Shown: positions 13,341-27,297, counted from the first letter of the stretch. The stretch: DNA of 64,000 nt from Eledone cirrhosa (GCA_964016885.1 OZ024741.1:96596001-96660000); one strand, 5' to 3'. Notes: generated by a model not told the origin, from the sequence alone. Made by a program: numbers and translations.

Positions 13341-13962
13341 TGAGTAATAGTACAACAACAACATGGGAACTTCTATGTAGACGCTAACTAGAAACATAAA
13401 CAAAACAATTATAGCTCTCATGACATACACACCTGTCGTTGAAATACAAAATATAATAGAAGGAAACATTATACTGTATGGTCATAGGTTCCACTAAAAT
13501 AATCGTAAGGTTAAGGTTGGAATTCTTTTGATCAGCATGAGAATTTGGGGACAAACTCCATCAGCAATAACATCAAAAATATGCACATCGTCAACAACAC
13601 CACCACCAGCACCTCTACCAGCAGCAGCAGCAGCACCACCACCACCACAACAACAACAATACCAACATTGCCGCCGCGGACGCCACCACCACCACCACAA
13701 GGTCCTCATCGTCCACATCCAATAGTATCGCCGTTGCAGCCGTTCAATACCAATACTAATATCACCTCGGAACATTAATCTCAGCGTAGCCATCACCATC
13801 ATCCCCACCATAGCAACAACACGAAAAGGATGTAAAACCACCAACGCATGTTCCAGACTCTGCTTAAGTCACATTCAGAAACATCACCAATCGCAATATT
13901 TAAATCGGTGAACGCCACCACTTCAGCTCCTATTTTCAATTAATCGAAAATCCTCGCCATCA

Positions 13963-14153
13963 CTCCTCCTCCTCCTCCTCCTCCTCCTCCTCCTCCTCCT
14001 CCTCCTCCTCCTCCTCCTCCTCCTCCTCCTCCTCCTCCTACCCCTCCTCCTACCCCTCCTCCTACCCCCCTAATACTAGTACTACTACTGTTGCTGCTGC
14101 TGCTGCTGCTGCTGAAGAAGAAGAAGAAGAAGAAGAAGAAGAAGAAGAAGAAG
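13963..14153. repeat. Compound microsatellite (CCT)n-(CTG)n-(AAG)n
   Basis: Direct reading. Confidence 0.95.
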
Positions 14154-14779
14154 AATATTGACTTTCCACCATGATACAAACGAAACATTTAAAAAATCTT
14201 TCATTTGGAAACAAGGCTTTTAGTGCAAATGGTATAGCAGAAAGCTGAAAAATATAAATAGACTTTCGTCAAATTAAGTGTAAAGTAGAGCAGACAAACA
14301 ATCTAGGTAGTGAAATAAAAAGGATCAGGAATTGAGAACATGTAACCGAACATGCACCAGTTAGTGGATGAAGCAGGACACGGTGAGAAAAAGGTGCAAT
14401 GCGAGTGAAAATACGAGTGTAAGTAAATAGGGAGTTAATCGTAAAATGAGCACGTGTCGCTATAGTATCAAGAGGTAGAAAAGTTGCATTAGTCTGAGAT
14501 AAAAAATAAACAGATACAAACAAACATGTAGAACATTTACAAAAGTATTATTAGTTTAAGGGTTCTAATATATCAGACGTTAGACCTTCACCGGGAAAGA
14601 AACAACATTGACGTTAGGAAAGAGAAGAGTTTGAAAGAAAAAGATAGGGAAAAAGGATAGGCGGCGCTCCTCAGGAAGGGTGAAGGGGTACCATATATAT
14701 TTAGTACAGTAATTTAATAATTGAAGTCAGTAAAACATGTGTGATATGTATATAAGTTTATGTCCGACTTTTTTAAGCC

Positions 14780-15030
14780 CTTAATAATATAGGCTATTAT
14801 AATAGTGGCTATTTAACTAGACATCCCTGTTATAAATTAAAGCTCCAGCATAACTTGGAAGTTTAGAAAATTGAAGGGCGTAGACAGAAAAACCAGGAAA
14901 TTGTTGACAACGTTCCAAAGTCACTCCTATAATGTTGAAATGTCTACCTAGCATGAAATAGATTAACTACTGATACAAATCGAAAGCTACCAAAAAATTA
15001 CAAGAATCGGACTTCAAAGATGATGAACGC
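14780..15030 (+). pseudogene. Decayed RLE-type non-LTR (R4/Dong-like) RT C-terminal remnant
   Basis: Translates to DIPVIN..VDRKTRKLLT.F..H, which resembles the post-RT region of R4/Dong elements. Confidence 0.45.
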
Positions 15031-15659
15031 TGGTAATCGGAAATTGAGAACTGAAATAAGTACACACGAGTAAAATTTCTTGATATATAAATGAACATTA
15101 ACTTACAAAGTGAAAACTTAATAGGCTACAGAATAATTTCTAGTCAGGAAAAAGAAATAAGAAAAAGAATCAACGGTAAAGTTTAAAAAAATGTAAATTT
15201 AAAGTAAAAAAAGATTTCAAACACATACAAAAGAAAAACTACGTAGCCAATATGTCGCAAAACTTAATGGAGAACGGTAATTTATTTATCGATCCCATAA
15301 GGATGAAAGAAAACTTTGCCTCGACAATTGAAATCAGAAAGTATATAGCCGAAATATAAAGAATTCTGAGGCACTTTGTCCAAATATGGATAATTTTTAG
15401 CATAATGCATTTTGATATTTTCCTCATTACTGTTATGCTCTTTGTGTCCTTCATGTACACCTCATCATATTTATACTCGATGTCGTCTCTTCTTATTTTC
15501 CATCTCTAAGTCATCAACATGGTTACCATCATCATAATCATCATAACCAATGGAATAATCTTTCTTGAAAATTTAGCCACTATTGCCAACATTACTGTGA
15601 TATAAATCACCATCACCATCACCACCACTAGCATTAACATAATCTCTAAAAATACATCA

Positions 15660-15763
15660 GCATCATCACACGATGATAATGATGATGTTAAAGACGATGA
15701 TGTGAATTATGATGATGATGATGATGATGATGAGGATAATGATGATTATAGTGGTGGTGATGG

Positions 15764-15807
<44 letters not shown>

Positions 15808-16460
15808 GATTATGATATTTTGGGGGATGGTGATGATGATGAGAATAATGATGATGATGATGATGATGATGATGATAACGATGAAGAGGAGAGTGAAGTC
15901 TAGGCGTAGGAATTGGAACATCACCATCACAAAAATAGTAAACATTAACTCGGCGATGATAATGGCAATTATGTTGATAATGATGATGATGATGATGATG
16001 ATGATGATGCTGATATTGATGAAGATGAGAATGATGACGACGACGCCGATGAGGATGATGATGATGAAGAAGTTGATGGGGAGGAGTAGATGAAGGAAGT
16101 GGTGTATGAGTAGTAGGTAGAGAATTATAGTCATGTTTATCAACATCATTATAATTACTGGTGTCTTTATTGTTATTATCTTTCTAATCATGATAATTAT
16201 GCTGGTCATCATCATCATCATCAGCATCATCATTATTTTGATCATTATGAACATCATCATCACCATAGTCATCAAGATCATTGTTGACACATCGTTGACA
16301 CAAGACTAACCTTATAATTACCATAATCATCATCACCAATATCATCATCAATATCATCATCATCACCATAAGTGTCACTATTTCTCTGTCCATTATCATC
16401 ATAACAATCATAATAATTGTCATCGCAACATAGTCCCCCCCCCATCATCATAATTATCAA
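15660..16460. repeat. Degenerate (GAT)n/(CAT)n low-complexity block
   Basis: Direct reading; repeat polarity switches near 16130. Confidence 0.9.
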
Positions 16461-17213
16461 TAGTTGAAGTAGCAGTTGCAATAGCAACAAGAACAGCAAT
16501 AACTACAGCAGCATTAGCAACAACAGCAGTAGCTGTAACACCAACAACAGCAACATCTCCACCATTCCCATCTTCACCGACATAGTTATTATCATTATAC
16601 GTCCTCTACTACAAAATTATTATTATTATCGTCCTCGATATTACTTCTCATACAAGCTACAGCTACAAACATCTCAGCTTCGTCATCATCTAACATCAGA
16701 ATTCAAACCATATTTCATCTGAAATATTAATTCAACTTAAAATTTCATCTCTTATTTTTATTGTTTGATTTCGTTTTTTAAAACCATTTTTGATTATTTT
16801 ATATTTTTCGTTTTGTAAGGATTTCTTTTTTTTTCTTTTGTTAAGTTTCGCTGTCATCTCTTATAACATTTTTATTCTAACTGCTCATTCCCTTTCCCCT
16901 ACATCCCTACTATAGTGGTGCTCCTTCATACATGCCCCCACCCCGTTCACTCACCCATGTTTGCAAATCCTCTCACCACCTACTACCAATTATGACCCAG
17001 GGCGCTACTTCCAAGAGGCGCCTAACATTTCCAAAACGAGACTTGAAAATTCAAAACCGATAACAGAGCAGAGGGTTTGGAATTGGTGTGTGTTTGGGGA
17101 GCGTTACATTACAAAATGAAAAATAAATGTTGGCACTTATTAATACATATATATGTATATGTGTGTTTGAATGTTTCTGATTGCGTGGGTTTTAATAAAA
17201 AGCGAAGGAGGAG

Positions 17214-17313
17214 GAAGAAGAAGAAGAAGAAGAAGAAGAAGAAGAAGAAGAAGAAGAAGAAGAAGAAGAAGAAGAAGAAGAAGAAGAAGAAGAAGAAGAA
17301 GAAGAAGAAGAAG
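17214..17313. repeat. (AAG)n microsatellite
   Basis: Direct reading. Confidence 0.95.
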
Positions 17314-17784
17314 AAAATGAAGTTGGCGTTGAGGATGAAGCTAATTATTATGATGATGATGATAGAATTTGGAAGGGCGTTCGTTATTACAGTCATTACA
17401 ACTCATCTTTCTCTCTCTCTCATTTACGTCTACTTCCAGTCACCCTCTGTCTTTATATCTCTCAGTTTCCCTAGACCTTACTTTCTGCCCTCCCATCTCA
17501 CTACTTACATCATTACTTCTTATCATTTGGCGAACTCAACAACTTCATCTCATGTTTATTTCTAGAAAATGTTTTTTAAAAAAAATTGATAAATTGTATA
17601 AAAAAGATTAACGAAAGAATATTCAAAAACCATTATAAATAGTTACACATACACGTACACACACACGGAGACGTGCCCCCACACACACACATATATATAT
17701 ATACAGAGAGGAAGACAGAGAAGGGGAGAAGTCTACATACATACCCTACATACTCACACACATATAACACATATAAACGGATAC

Positions 17785-17818
<34 letters not shown>

Positions 17819-18117
17819 GGAGGGGGAGAAAGACAGACAGAGGGAGAGAGCGAAGGAGAGGGAGAGACAGTGTAATTGTTTTCTTCTTCATTAAAATGTT
17901 TTTTTTATCGTCAGCAACATCAATCATCATAATCATCATCGTCATCATAATCATCGTCAAACAATATCTGAAATATTTTCGTTTTTTTTTTATTTGGCGA
18001 TTGATGCAGTTTTATTATTTGAGTGTTTTAATAATTTTATGTATTTATATATTAATCTATGTATACACACATATATGTACATATGTATACATACATATAT
18101 ATGTGTGTGTATTTATG

Positions 18118-18258
<141 letters not shown>

Positions 18259-18551
18259 TTAAATATGCATATATATATATTTATATATATATGTATATGT
18301 ATGTATATATATATTTATACATATATAATTCATATAACTGCCCTGTAAATCATCTGATGTTATTACATTGAGCTATTTAACTTACTGGTAATAACGTAGT
18401 AATATATTACTGCTTACCACTATTTAGGGTTTATAAAAATATATATAACTACAAAAGGTTTTTTGTATTTGCATAACCATAAATAGTATACTTAATACTA
18501 TATACATACATATATATATACATATACATACATATATATATACATACATAA

Positions 18552-19010
18552 AGTTAGAATGAGAAATAAAAGATAAAATAGAACGATAGTATATATATAT
18601 ATATAGAACGATATGTATATATATATGTATATATATGTATATATGTATATATATATTAGAAAGTGAGGTTTTTTTTACAAAATGAAAAATAACCGAGGTG
18701 TCCTACACGAGTGGAAGTATAAAGAAAAAGGGATGAAATCGAAAATGCAACTGAAGTCTTATTTTTAAAAAAAATATATATATTTATTTATATATATATA
18801 TATATATATACATATCGTTCTATATCTATATATACTTTCGTTCTATTTTATCTTTTATTTCTCATTTTAACTTTTGATGAAGGACTAGTGTCCGAAATTT
18901 AAAGTAACCTTTCTTACTATATCAAGCATTAAAAAAAGATATTTCTTCATTGCACTGTGTCGTTCTCTTTTTTTTTTGTTGTCGCCGTTTACTTCTTGCA
19001 TATGTATATA
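18552..19010. mobile_element. Family D element with hammerhead-like core and a short inverted copy
   Basis: 18552-18615 is inverted relative to 18808-18873. TTGATGA AGGAC TAGT GTCC GAAA TTTAAA GTA at 18874-18906. Confidence 0.7.
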
Positions 19011-19282
19011 TATATATATATATATACATTGATAGATAGATATATATATTTCTTTATTTGCCACAAGGGCGCACAAGAAAATGGGACAATACAAAGTCAT
19101 GCCGGGGATTTTACATACAGTCGTGTAAAAAATATAAAAACAAACAATTACAACAATCGAAAACCGCAATAGGGGGGAGGCACAACAAATGGGTTTTTTA
19201 ATACCCCGTCGGTAGAACAACCCTCAACTCCAGGAGCGTGTTAAACAAGTTCTCCCTTCTTCCTTTTGCTCTCTTCTTTAAC

Positions 19283-22200
19283 CTACAGACTTATACACAG
19301 AGAAGGCCCAATCACTCGGGCCATTTTCGCTTCATTCACCCACCTTTCAGTAAATTTACTGGGGTGCAGTGCCCCTCTCTCCACTCTGATTCTCATTCTA
19401 AAGTGATACTTAAAGAAGGGAATCAATTGTTGTCCGGAGAGAAAGGCATCTGTCCTCAGTCCTCTCAATCTCGACCAACATATAACTTCTATCACCATAG
19501 CCACCGTACAGAGGAAAACCGCCTCTCTTTCGTTTTTGAAAGAGGCTGGCGGTTTGATCCTTACTATGGACTCTGCAGTCAATTAGATTTGTCCCATACG
19601 CGACAGCAGTTGTTCTGCATAGTTCCACAGGTCGGTTACACCCGGGCAGTGTACAATTGCGTGCAGAACTGTTTCAATGTCCTGCGCGCATCTTGGACAC
19701 CTCCTCTTGGAAGGATCCCTGCAGGGGCGTCCGTGTCTGTAGTTCTTGTCACGAACCGGTAGAGCTCCTCGGTAGCACTGCCAGGCCAGGGACCTCTGGA
19801 AAGTCCTACCAAACAGACTGGTGAGCTCATCGTCTTCGACGCCCAGAGTCTCTCCGAGCACGTCGTCGCCCTTGTAACGTACAATCCCTCTATAGAATGT
19901 GGAAGTGGAGTCTCCACTGATTGCTGCGCCCGCTTGCCTGAGGACTGTGAGCGCCTGAGCGCATTGACTGTGCCAGGCGCCCATCGTTTTCGCTCTTTTC
20001 TTGACCCAGGATGCAGCTCCGTCAGCGAGACGAGCTGTGGGAAAGCCTGTCTCACAAACGGTTCCCACTCCGGTTTGGGGGTGGTGAGGAATACCTGGAG
20101 ATGCTGCAGCCTCAGCGCATGTTTGCGCATTATCAGCCATGGCATTCCCAGCCCTCCGTTGGAAGGGTGCTGACAGTAGACGGATCTCCTCACCAGCGGA
20201 GCCTGCTTCTTCCACAGAAACTGGAAGAGAATGCGTTCCATCTTGGCGAGGTGTTCACGGGGACAAGGCACGACAGTCATGCGGTAGTAGATGACGGACG
20301 CTATGAAAGTGTTCGCCACCTCCGCTCAACCTTTCAAGGGCAGTTTTCACTCTGCCCACTTCTGGGTGAGTGCAAACACCTTGGCCGTGACCTCGTTCCA
20401 GTTTTTCTCCACCTGGAGGTCTGACCCCGAGCAATTTCACCGGTCCGTCCGTCCAGCCTCCAACGACGCTGTCGGACGTATATCGGTTTGCCTCTCCACG
20501 TACCGAGTTGCAAACCGACAGACTTGTCCGGGTTTAGTTTTGATCCCGTCAGCGTTTCGTATTCTTTCAGTAAGTTGCCGATCACCCCGATTTCCGAGGT
20601 GCTCGACACCATTACCGTCACGTCGTCGGCACAAGCCGACGCCGCTTTGCGCAGTCCCGGTTCTTGAGGGATGCCCTGCAACAGCTCCAATTTCCGCAGT
20701 AGTGGCTCTAGAGTCAATACTTACAGAATGGAGGAGAGAGGGCACCTCTGTCGAATGGAACGCGTGATTGCGAACGGCTCCGATGGGTAGCCGTTCACCT
20801 TGACCCTCGAGCAGATGCTGGTGTGTATCGCCTCGATACAGCCTCTGAACACGGGACCGAAACCAGCCGCCTTGAGAACCGCTTCCAGGTATCAATGGTC
20901 GACCCTATCGAATGCCTTAGACTGATCCAAATAGATCAGAGCCCCACCGAAGCCGAGTTTACTACCCACCCTCTCTATGATGTATCGCATGAGGTGTAGG
21001 TTGTTGTGAATGGACCTGGTCGGGGTTGCACACGTTTGCGCTTTCCCTACCAGGTTCTCGACGACAAGCGCCAACCTCGTCGCTAGCACCTTGACCAAAA
21101 TCTTTAACTCTGTGTTGAGCAGAGTTTTGGGACTGAAGTTGTTAATTTCGTCCCACTCGTCCTCGTCTTTCCTGATCAGCGTTACTACGCCCTTGCCTGC
21201 AGAACTGGGAATTCTCCCGTTCTGCTGCCAATTGCAGTAGACGACTTCGAGGACGCCAGAGAACAAGTCCGGCATGCCTATGTAAAACTCATAGGGTAGA
21301 CCATCTAGACCGGATGACTTGCGTTTCCCGCAGCGGCCCAGAGTGTCCCGTATCTCAGTGTCCGTGATTGGTCTATCGCAGAACTCGGCGTCCGTGTTCG
21401 AGAGACGTGGCAGGCCGATAAGGTATGAACTAAAGTCCATTGCCCCGTTCGTCTCACCGTCGTTCTGCTCAAACAGTCGCGCAAAGTGCTGCTGAAAGGC
21501 CGCGCACATTTGCTTGTGGTCAAGTAGCACGCGTCCGTTTTGATCTTTCAAAGACCGAATCGTGGACTTGTTGCCACTTTTTGCCTCCGCCACTCGGGCC
21601 CAGCTGACAGGTTTCGCTCCTTCGTTTCCTAGAGCACGTGTTTTGCTTCTGACCACGCAGCCTTCGTGTTTCGCATCGAAGAACTGGTCCAGTGCCGTTC
21701 TCGACGCTAACACTCTAGCCGCGTTGCCACTTCTAAGTGCCTCCTCTACCTTGGCTATTAGTTCTCTTTCTAGTTTGTTTTTCTCTAAGGTAAACTCTCA
21801 GCTAAACCCTATCAATTCTATTCTAATTGCTTTCTTGAGAGAGTACCACCATCTATTGTTGACGATGGTTCCTGTTAACTGCTGCTTGACTAGTCTACTT
21901 ACCCGTTCACTGTAAGCTTTACGTGCCGGCAACGACACGTTCAGCTTCCTATCGGCCAGTTGGAATTGGCCGATTAAAGTTTTGATGCTGTCGCACCCCG
22001 CTCTACTGAGACATGCTCCCACACATTCCCATCGTGCATCTAGGATACCATTCCAGTCCCCCACTAAAAGTAAGGAGCGAGACGTTCCCAGAAAAGACTC
22101 TAGACGCTTAAAGAAGTCTGGCCGTGATTGCGATTGCCCGGTCGGGGCATAAACGGCCACCAGTCTGAAGGCTCCACCTCCAATACTGTTCACGTCTAGG

Positions 22201-22485
22201 ACTACCAGTCTACCCTCCGGGTCCAAGTGTACTTGCTGTACTTCGATGTCCAGGTTCTTCCGAAACATGACAGCCACTCCACCCCCACCTTCTGGTTGAC
22301 AGAGAGATGCGTAGATCTCAAAGTCGTCGAAGATGGGGGTTAGTTGCTGCCTGTTGTGGATCCTGGACTCGGTGATGGCTATCACATCCATACCGTGGAC
22401 TTAAGGTCGTTTTTAGAAGTTGGCTCTGTTTTCAGGGCATCCCTAGGCCACGCATATTCACGCTTCCAACTCGTAAACTAGCCAT
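19283..22485 (-). pseudogene. Tx1 ORF2 (APE endonuclease and reverse transcriptase), several frameshifts and stops
   Basis: MASLRVGSVNMRGL, VYAP, GDWN, GLDGLPYEFY, LDQSKAFDRVDH, CADD, CPRC..H....C. Confidence 0.92.
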
Positions 22486-22530
22486 ATTGGGGAAGAAGAG
22501 TTGGAGAAAAAGGACGAAAGATGCACTTAC
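22478..22530 (-). other. Candidate 53-nt intron joining ORF1 to ORF2 in frame
   Basis: AG|GTAAGT..pyrimidine tract..GCTAG|T; the spliced codon AGT is in the ORF2 frame. Confidence 0.5.
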
Positions 22531-24498
22531 CTTTTCGTTTCCTGGAGATCGGGTTGTTCAATATCCATTTGGGTGCTGGATGAGGTGTAGGGTGGGGTGG
22601 GGAAACATTTTAACAGGACGCAGTTGATGGGTTTCTGGCAGGGGTTGCCTACGTCCTGTGAAAATTTATTTTTCAGGTCATTATAGGTTTCCATAGACAC
22701 CCTTATAAGTTTAAGGTGTGGAGACGATTCTGCTTTGACGAAAGTTTTGCCCTCCGTCTCCACTTTGAGGTTTTGGGAGATGACCGCCATCAAACTCTTG
22801 TTGTTTGCGTTTTGTTTTGTTGTTTTAGTTTGTTGTTCGTCCGGGAGTTTTCTTTTTATGGTGGGTGCTTGTGTTTGGGGTGGTGTTGGTGTTGGTTTTG
22901 CTGGTAGGGGGATGTTTGACTGTGGTGTTGTTTGTGTTGTTGTTTGTGTCTGTGGTTGTGTGTTGGTGTTGGTGATTGGAGTTTTGGGGATTTTGTAGTG
23001 TCTCTTTTTTTGTATTTTAGATTTCCGCGGCTCTCCCTCTTCTTCACTTAAAGAAGGAGAAGCAGCTTCATCCGTTGATGAATAATCATCATCAGGAGTG
23101 TGGGGTAGGGGTATGTTGTGTGGTGGTGGAGTTTTGGTGTGTGTGTTTGTGGTAGTGTTTGATGGAGTGGGATGGGGTGGGGATGTGTTCTTCAGGGGTG
23201 TTGTCTCTGTTTCTTCTGTTGTTGTTGGTTGAGTGGCTGTTTGCTTTGGTGTGGTTGCTCGTTTCGTCTTTTGTACTTGTGGTGGTGGTGGTTGTTTTGG
23301 TGTTGGTGTTGGTAATAGTGTCTTTTTAATGATGTTGTTGTGGTGTCTGTTGTGGAATCTGTGCTTGTTTATGGCTCTATCACTTGGACGCTAACGTCGA
23401 AACTGGAGAAAAAGCTATTTGGGGCATACACACGTATGCTCCGTGCTGCCTTAAACGTGTTTTGGAGGGAACACCCAACAAATAAGGATCTCTATGGCAA
23501 TATACCACCTATCAGCAGATCAATACGTGGACAGAGACTCAGATTTGCTGGCCACTGTTGGCGCAGCAAGGAAGAAATAGCAGGTGATGTGTTGTTATGG
23601 AGTCTATCTCATGGAGCAAGAAACGCTGGTCGTCCCAAGAAGACATACGTCAAGCAACTTGAGGACGATACTGGATGCACTGCGGAAGAACTGGCAAACG
23701 CTATGAGAGACAGAGATGGATGAAGGAAACGTGTCGTAGAAAGCCGAGCAAGCTCGACCTGATGATGATGATGTTGTGGTGTGTTTTTGAAGGACAAGAG
23801 GCTTTTAGGTGTGCTGTGCTGCCACAGCGAAAGCAATGAAATTTCCGTCCTTCTACCGAAATGTTTATTTTGTTGTTATCATCGATGATGACTCTTTCGG
23901 GTATTTTGGAGATTCTCTCCGGTCTCATTTGCAACATAATCTCCAAATCAGTACCCGCCCACCTTTGTCGAATAGACTTTTGCATCGAAAGAATCATATC
24001 AGTTTTGGCTCTACGAATCCAGCTAAGATCCACCAGATGTTAATGTTTGGTAGTATATTTTAAATTTTTATTTTTTGTGTCCTTTTCCCCATGTATGTAG
24101 GGATAAAGGTGAATGCTTTTGACACTATTGGTGTCTCAGAATGTTTTGGGGCGAGTGCCTCGCTTTTAAACAGTACGGAAACACTTCCGTACTGTTTTCC
24201 TCGTTGGAGAAATTCGATATCTGCTTGAATTTTTTTCAACGTATTTTCTATATATCCTTGGCTAAAAAATATCGGCTTTCTCGTGGTATTGGACACAGTC
24301 CTAAAGATAACTGATCTTCGAACTGTGTTTTCTTTTATTTCAGGGGGTGAGTTAATGCTACACCCACCTTTTTCTTCGAAAGTTACAAATTTTCTCCCTT
24401 GCTGGAGCATATCTCTTGCATTGGAGATGTCAAGATTTATAAAATCTTCTCTTTTGTTCACTGTTTCAGCGAAAGATATTTTTTTTGTGTGGTGTTGC

Positions 24499-24568
<70 letters not shown>

Positions 24569-24738
24569 ATCGTTGTTAGCCTCGGTGATGGAAATCTCAG
24601 TTCTTTGTCGAGGTGAAACTGTATGTGTAGATGTATCTGTGGAGTTGTTGATGTTGTTTTTTCATGTGTATGTATGTTAATGGGTTTAATTCCTGTGTTT
24701 TCATTTTTTTTTCTGCTTCGACGGTAGAAATTGTACAA
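22527..24738 (-). pseudogene. Tx1 ORF1 (gag-like, zinc knuckle), interrupted by an RTE insert
   Basis: Pieces 24060..24461, 23701..24033 and 22527..22793 are homologous to ORF1 of copy 2 (GKQYGSV/GQKYGTV, VEGR..C..CG...H....C, PH....V...TY..LK.KF..D.G). Confidence 0.8.
23340..23772 (+). mobile_element. 5'-truncated RTE-clade LINE nested in Tx1 ORF1
   Basis: VESVLVYGSITWTL..RMLR..LRFAGHCWR..GRPKKTY; (TGA)n tail; TGTTGTGGTGT on both sides is a probable target site duplication. Confidence 0.88.
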
Positions 24739-25062
24739 TGTTCAACTGGCAATATTTGTTGACAGTCGTATCTATGGCGACGTCCATAGTAGCAGAAGCA
24801 GATATAACGTTAAAATCTGCCTCTTTCTCTCTCTTTTCTCTATTGATGTTCTCCAGCGTTCCCTTCGTGTTATTCATGTTTTATAGTTGGCAAAATTTGA
24901 TATTTTAAAATAATTTTTAAATTAAATTTTCGCCCCTAAAGGGGCAAAAAATGGGATTACCACCCTGCCGACAATTCAGCTTGGGGGTTAATCTATAGAA
25001 TAATATCTTTTTCAAACAATTTGTTCTGTTTTTCGCATAGAAAGATAGATAGATAGATAGAT

Positions 25063-25130
25063 AGATATTTCTTCATTGCACTGTGTCGTTCTCTTTTTAT
25101 TTGTTGTCTCCGTTTACTTTTTGCATATGT

Positions 25131-25166
<36 letters not shown>

Positions 25167-25340
25167 GCAAAAAGTAAACGGAGACAACAAATAAAAAGAG
25201 AACGACACAGTGCAATGAAGAAATATCTCTGTTTAATGCTTGATATAGTAAGAAAAGTGACTTTAAATTTCGGACACTAGTCCTTCATCAGAAGTTAGAA
25301 TGAGAAATAAAAGATAAAATAGAACGATAGTGAGACGAAG
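25063..25340. mobile_element. Family D element: palindrome 25063-25228 around (TA)n plus a minus-strand hammerhead-like core
   Basis: Minus strand 25291-25259 reads CTGATGA AGGAC TAGT GTCC GAAA TTTAAA GTC. A stem I pairing is not obvious. Confidence 0.75.
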
Positions 25341-25780
25341 AAGAAACGGAGAAAAAAGAGAAATTGTGAACAAACATTGTGTATTCAGTCAGACACATAT
25401 GTCATACTAGACTTTCAGTCACCTTCAAAATATGAAGCGAAATTTTTGATCCGTATGTCTATATATAGCCTACCACAGTAAAATGGTTTCTTCTACACTA
25501 GCTGTAATGTCCAAATAATTTGAGAATACTTCTTTTGATTCGACGATCTTACTAAGTTGAGCTGACAGGGATATGGAGACGGTATTGCTGAAGAACACTG
25601 AATGAAAACCTAATAAATATCAATAGTTATAGGTTCATTCCAGCGGCAAGAACAAAATACACTTGCTTGCAAGGAAAATATGTCAATAAACCCATCATTA
25701 CAACGACTATTAAAGCAATTGCGAAAACTACTGCAAAATCAGCAGAGGAATGCACAGTCCAACTGTAGGAACAGACGCAT

Positions 25781-25855
<75 letters not shown>
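25781..25855. repeat. (TAG)n microsatellite
   Basis: Direct reading. Confidence 0.95.
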
Positions 25856-26249
25856 CAGCAGCATCAATGCCAGCAACAGCAATACAGGACGAGCTAACGA
25901 GGGCACACTAATTAGCAGTGGAATTTCCTACAACCGAAGCGTTTTATATACAAAAAATGATACATTGAATTCTCTTTGTTGAAGTTTAAGTTTATGGTCG
26001 ATTCGGCTGAAGTATGAGATTATTAGTCTATTCGATCAGAGCTGTAATAACAGTTAAAACAAATACATCAGAGACAAAAGTATGCATGAGTGTATGTGTA
26101 AGGGTAATAAATAATCTTAAAAGTCATCTGATCTAGACTGCTTTCATGCTGAACACAAGTTACGCAATATTTTCAGAAAATCTGCTGCTATATCTTGTTA
26201 CCAATTTGACCCATGTTTACAACACTTGTGCATCATATATTCGAAGTTT

Positions 26250-26309
<60 letters not shown>

Positions 26310-26461
26310 TAACAGATTAAAGTTTAAGCAAAGAATCGCTGCTTTCACCCTTAACGGGATCTTCTGAAACTAACAAAGTCAATCTGTAAACGCAGAACTG
26401 GATATTTCAAAAAACGTTGCAACCGGAGGAAGACAGGAAGACGATACTTTGGTTCGTGGAA

Positions 26462-26730
26462 ACGTTCCCTGGCAAAGAACGGGAAAAAACAAATAATACG
26501 TCATTAATAGGAGCGGTGAAAAACAATTACGCGCAAAGACAGAACCACGTTTATGGTATAAAAGAGGTCATAGACTAATGTTCTCTTAGGTGGTGCATAG
26601 AGACGTTCTCTGGCAATGAACGAAAAAACGAAGATAATAAGTCATATGTGGAGCGTGGAGAACAATAGCACGCAAAGACAAAACCACGTAAATGGTATAG
26701 CAGAAGTTGTAGACTAAAATTCTAACTAGG
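26462..26730. repeat. Diverged two-unit tandem (period about 142 bp) in the PLE 3' region
   Basis: ACGTTC.CTGGCAA.GAACG..CGCAAAGACA.AACCACGT..ATGGTATA..TAGACTAA at 26462 and 26604. Confidence 0.8.
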
Positions 26731-27297
26731 AGACCAAATGAATCTCCGCTACAGAGTTAAGAACAAAGTAAATAAATACAATACAGAAGTAATAGAAACA
26801 AATAAATACATACACGCAAACAGATACGTACATACACAAGCATACGCAAAACCTTACCATAGGTATACAAAATCACGCACATATAAATATGTGTGTGTGT
26901 GTATGCTTGTGTACAAATAAATAAATAATTATATAAACGTATATAAGTAAATAAATAAGTATATAACAAGCGCACACATACCTACAAATAAATACACGAA
27001 TGTTCGGAGACGTAAGTCAACGAAAACAAGAAGTACACATATACACACACCCACCATACGTACGAACCTGCATACTCACGCAGACGCAAAACTCCCGTAT
27101 ACATATAGCCAAACCCTAAATACCAGAATATGTAAAAATTATACGCCATAACAGTCAAATATACGTACGAGAAGGTATAAATACCTTCACAAAACATACG
27201 GGTAATATATACTTACCTATGCAAATAAGTAAAGGAATAAACAAAACATATACTTAGCTCCCACATCAAGACGTAAAATATCCACGTATAGATCGTG

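Larger units (their letters stand above)
19050..25040 (-). mobile_element. Tx1-clade non-LTR retrotransposon (copy 1), near full length, decayed
   Basis: ORF1 has CCHC knuckle CFRCGSTAHLKASC. ORF2 has APE, RT and a C-terminal Cys/His region. 3' end CCCTTGTGGCAAATAAAGAAA; (TAGA)n flanks. The 5' limit is approximate. Confidence 0.93.

Noticed and set aside
26462-26730. CRISPR-like or regularly spaced repeat array
   Set aside because: Only two diverged long units, eukaryotic context and no cas genes.
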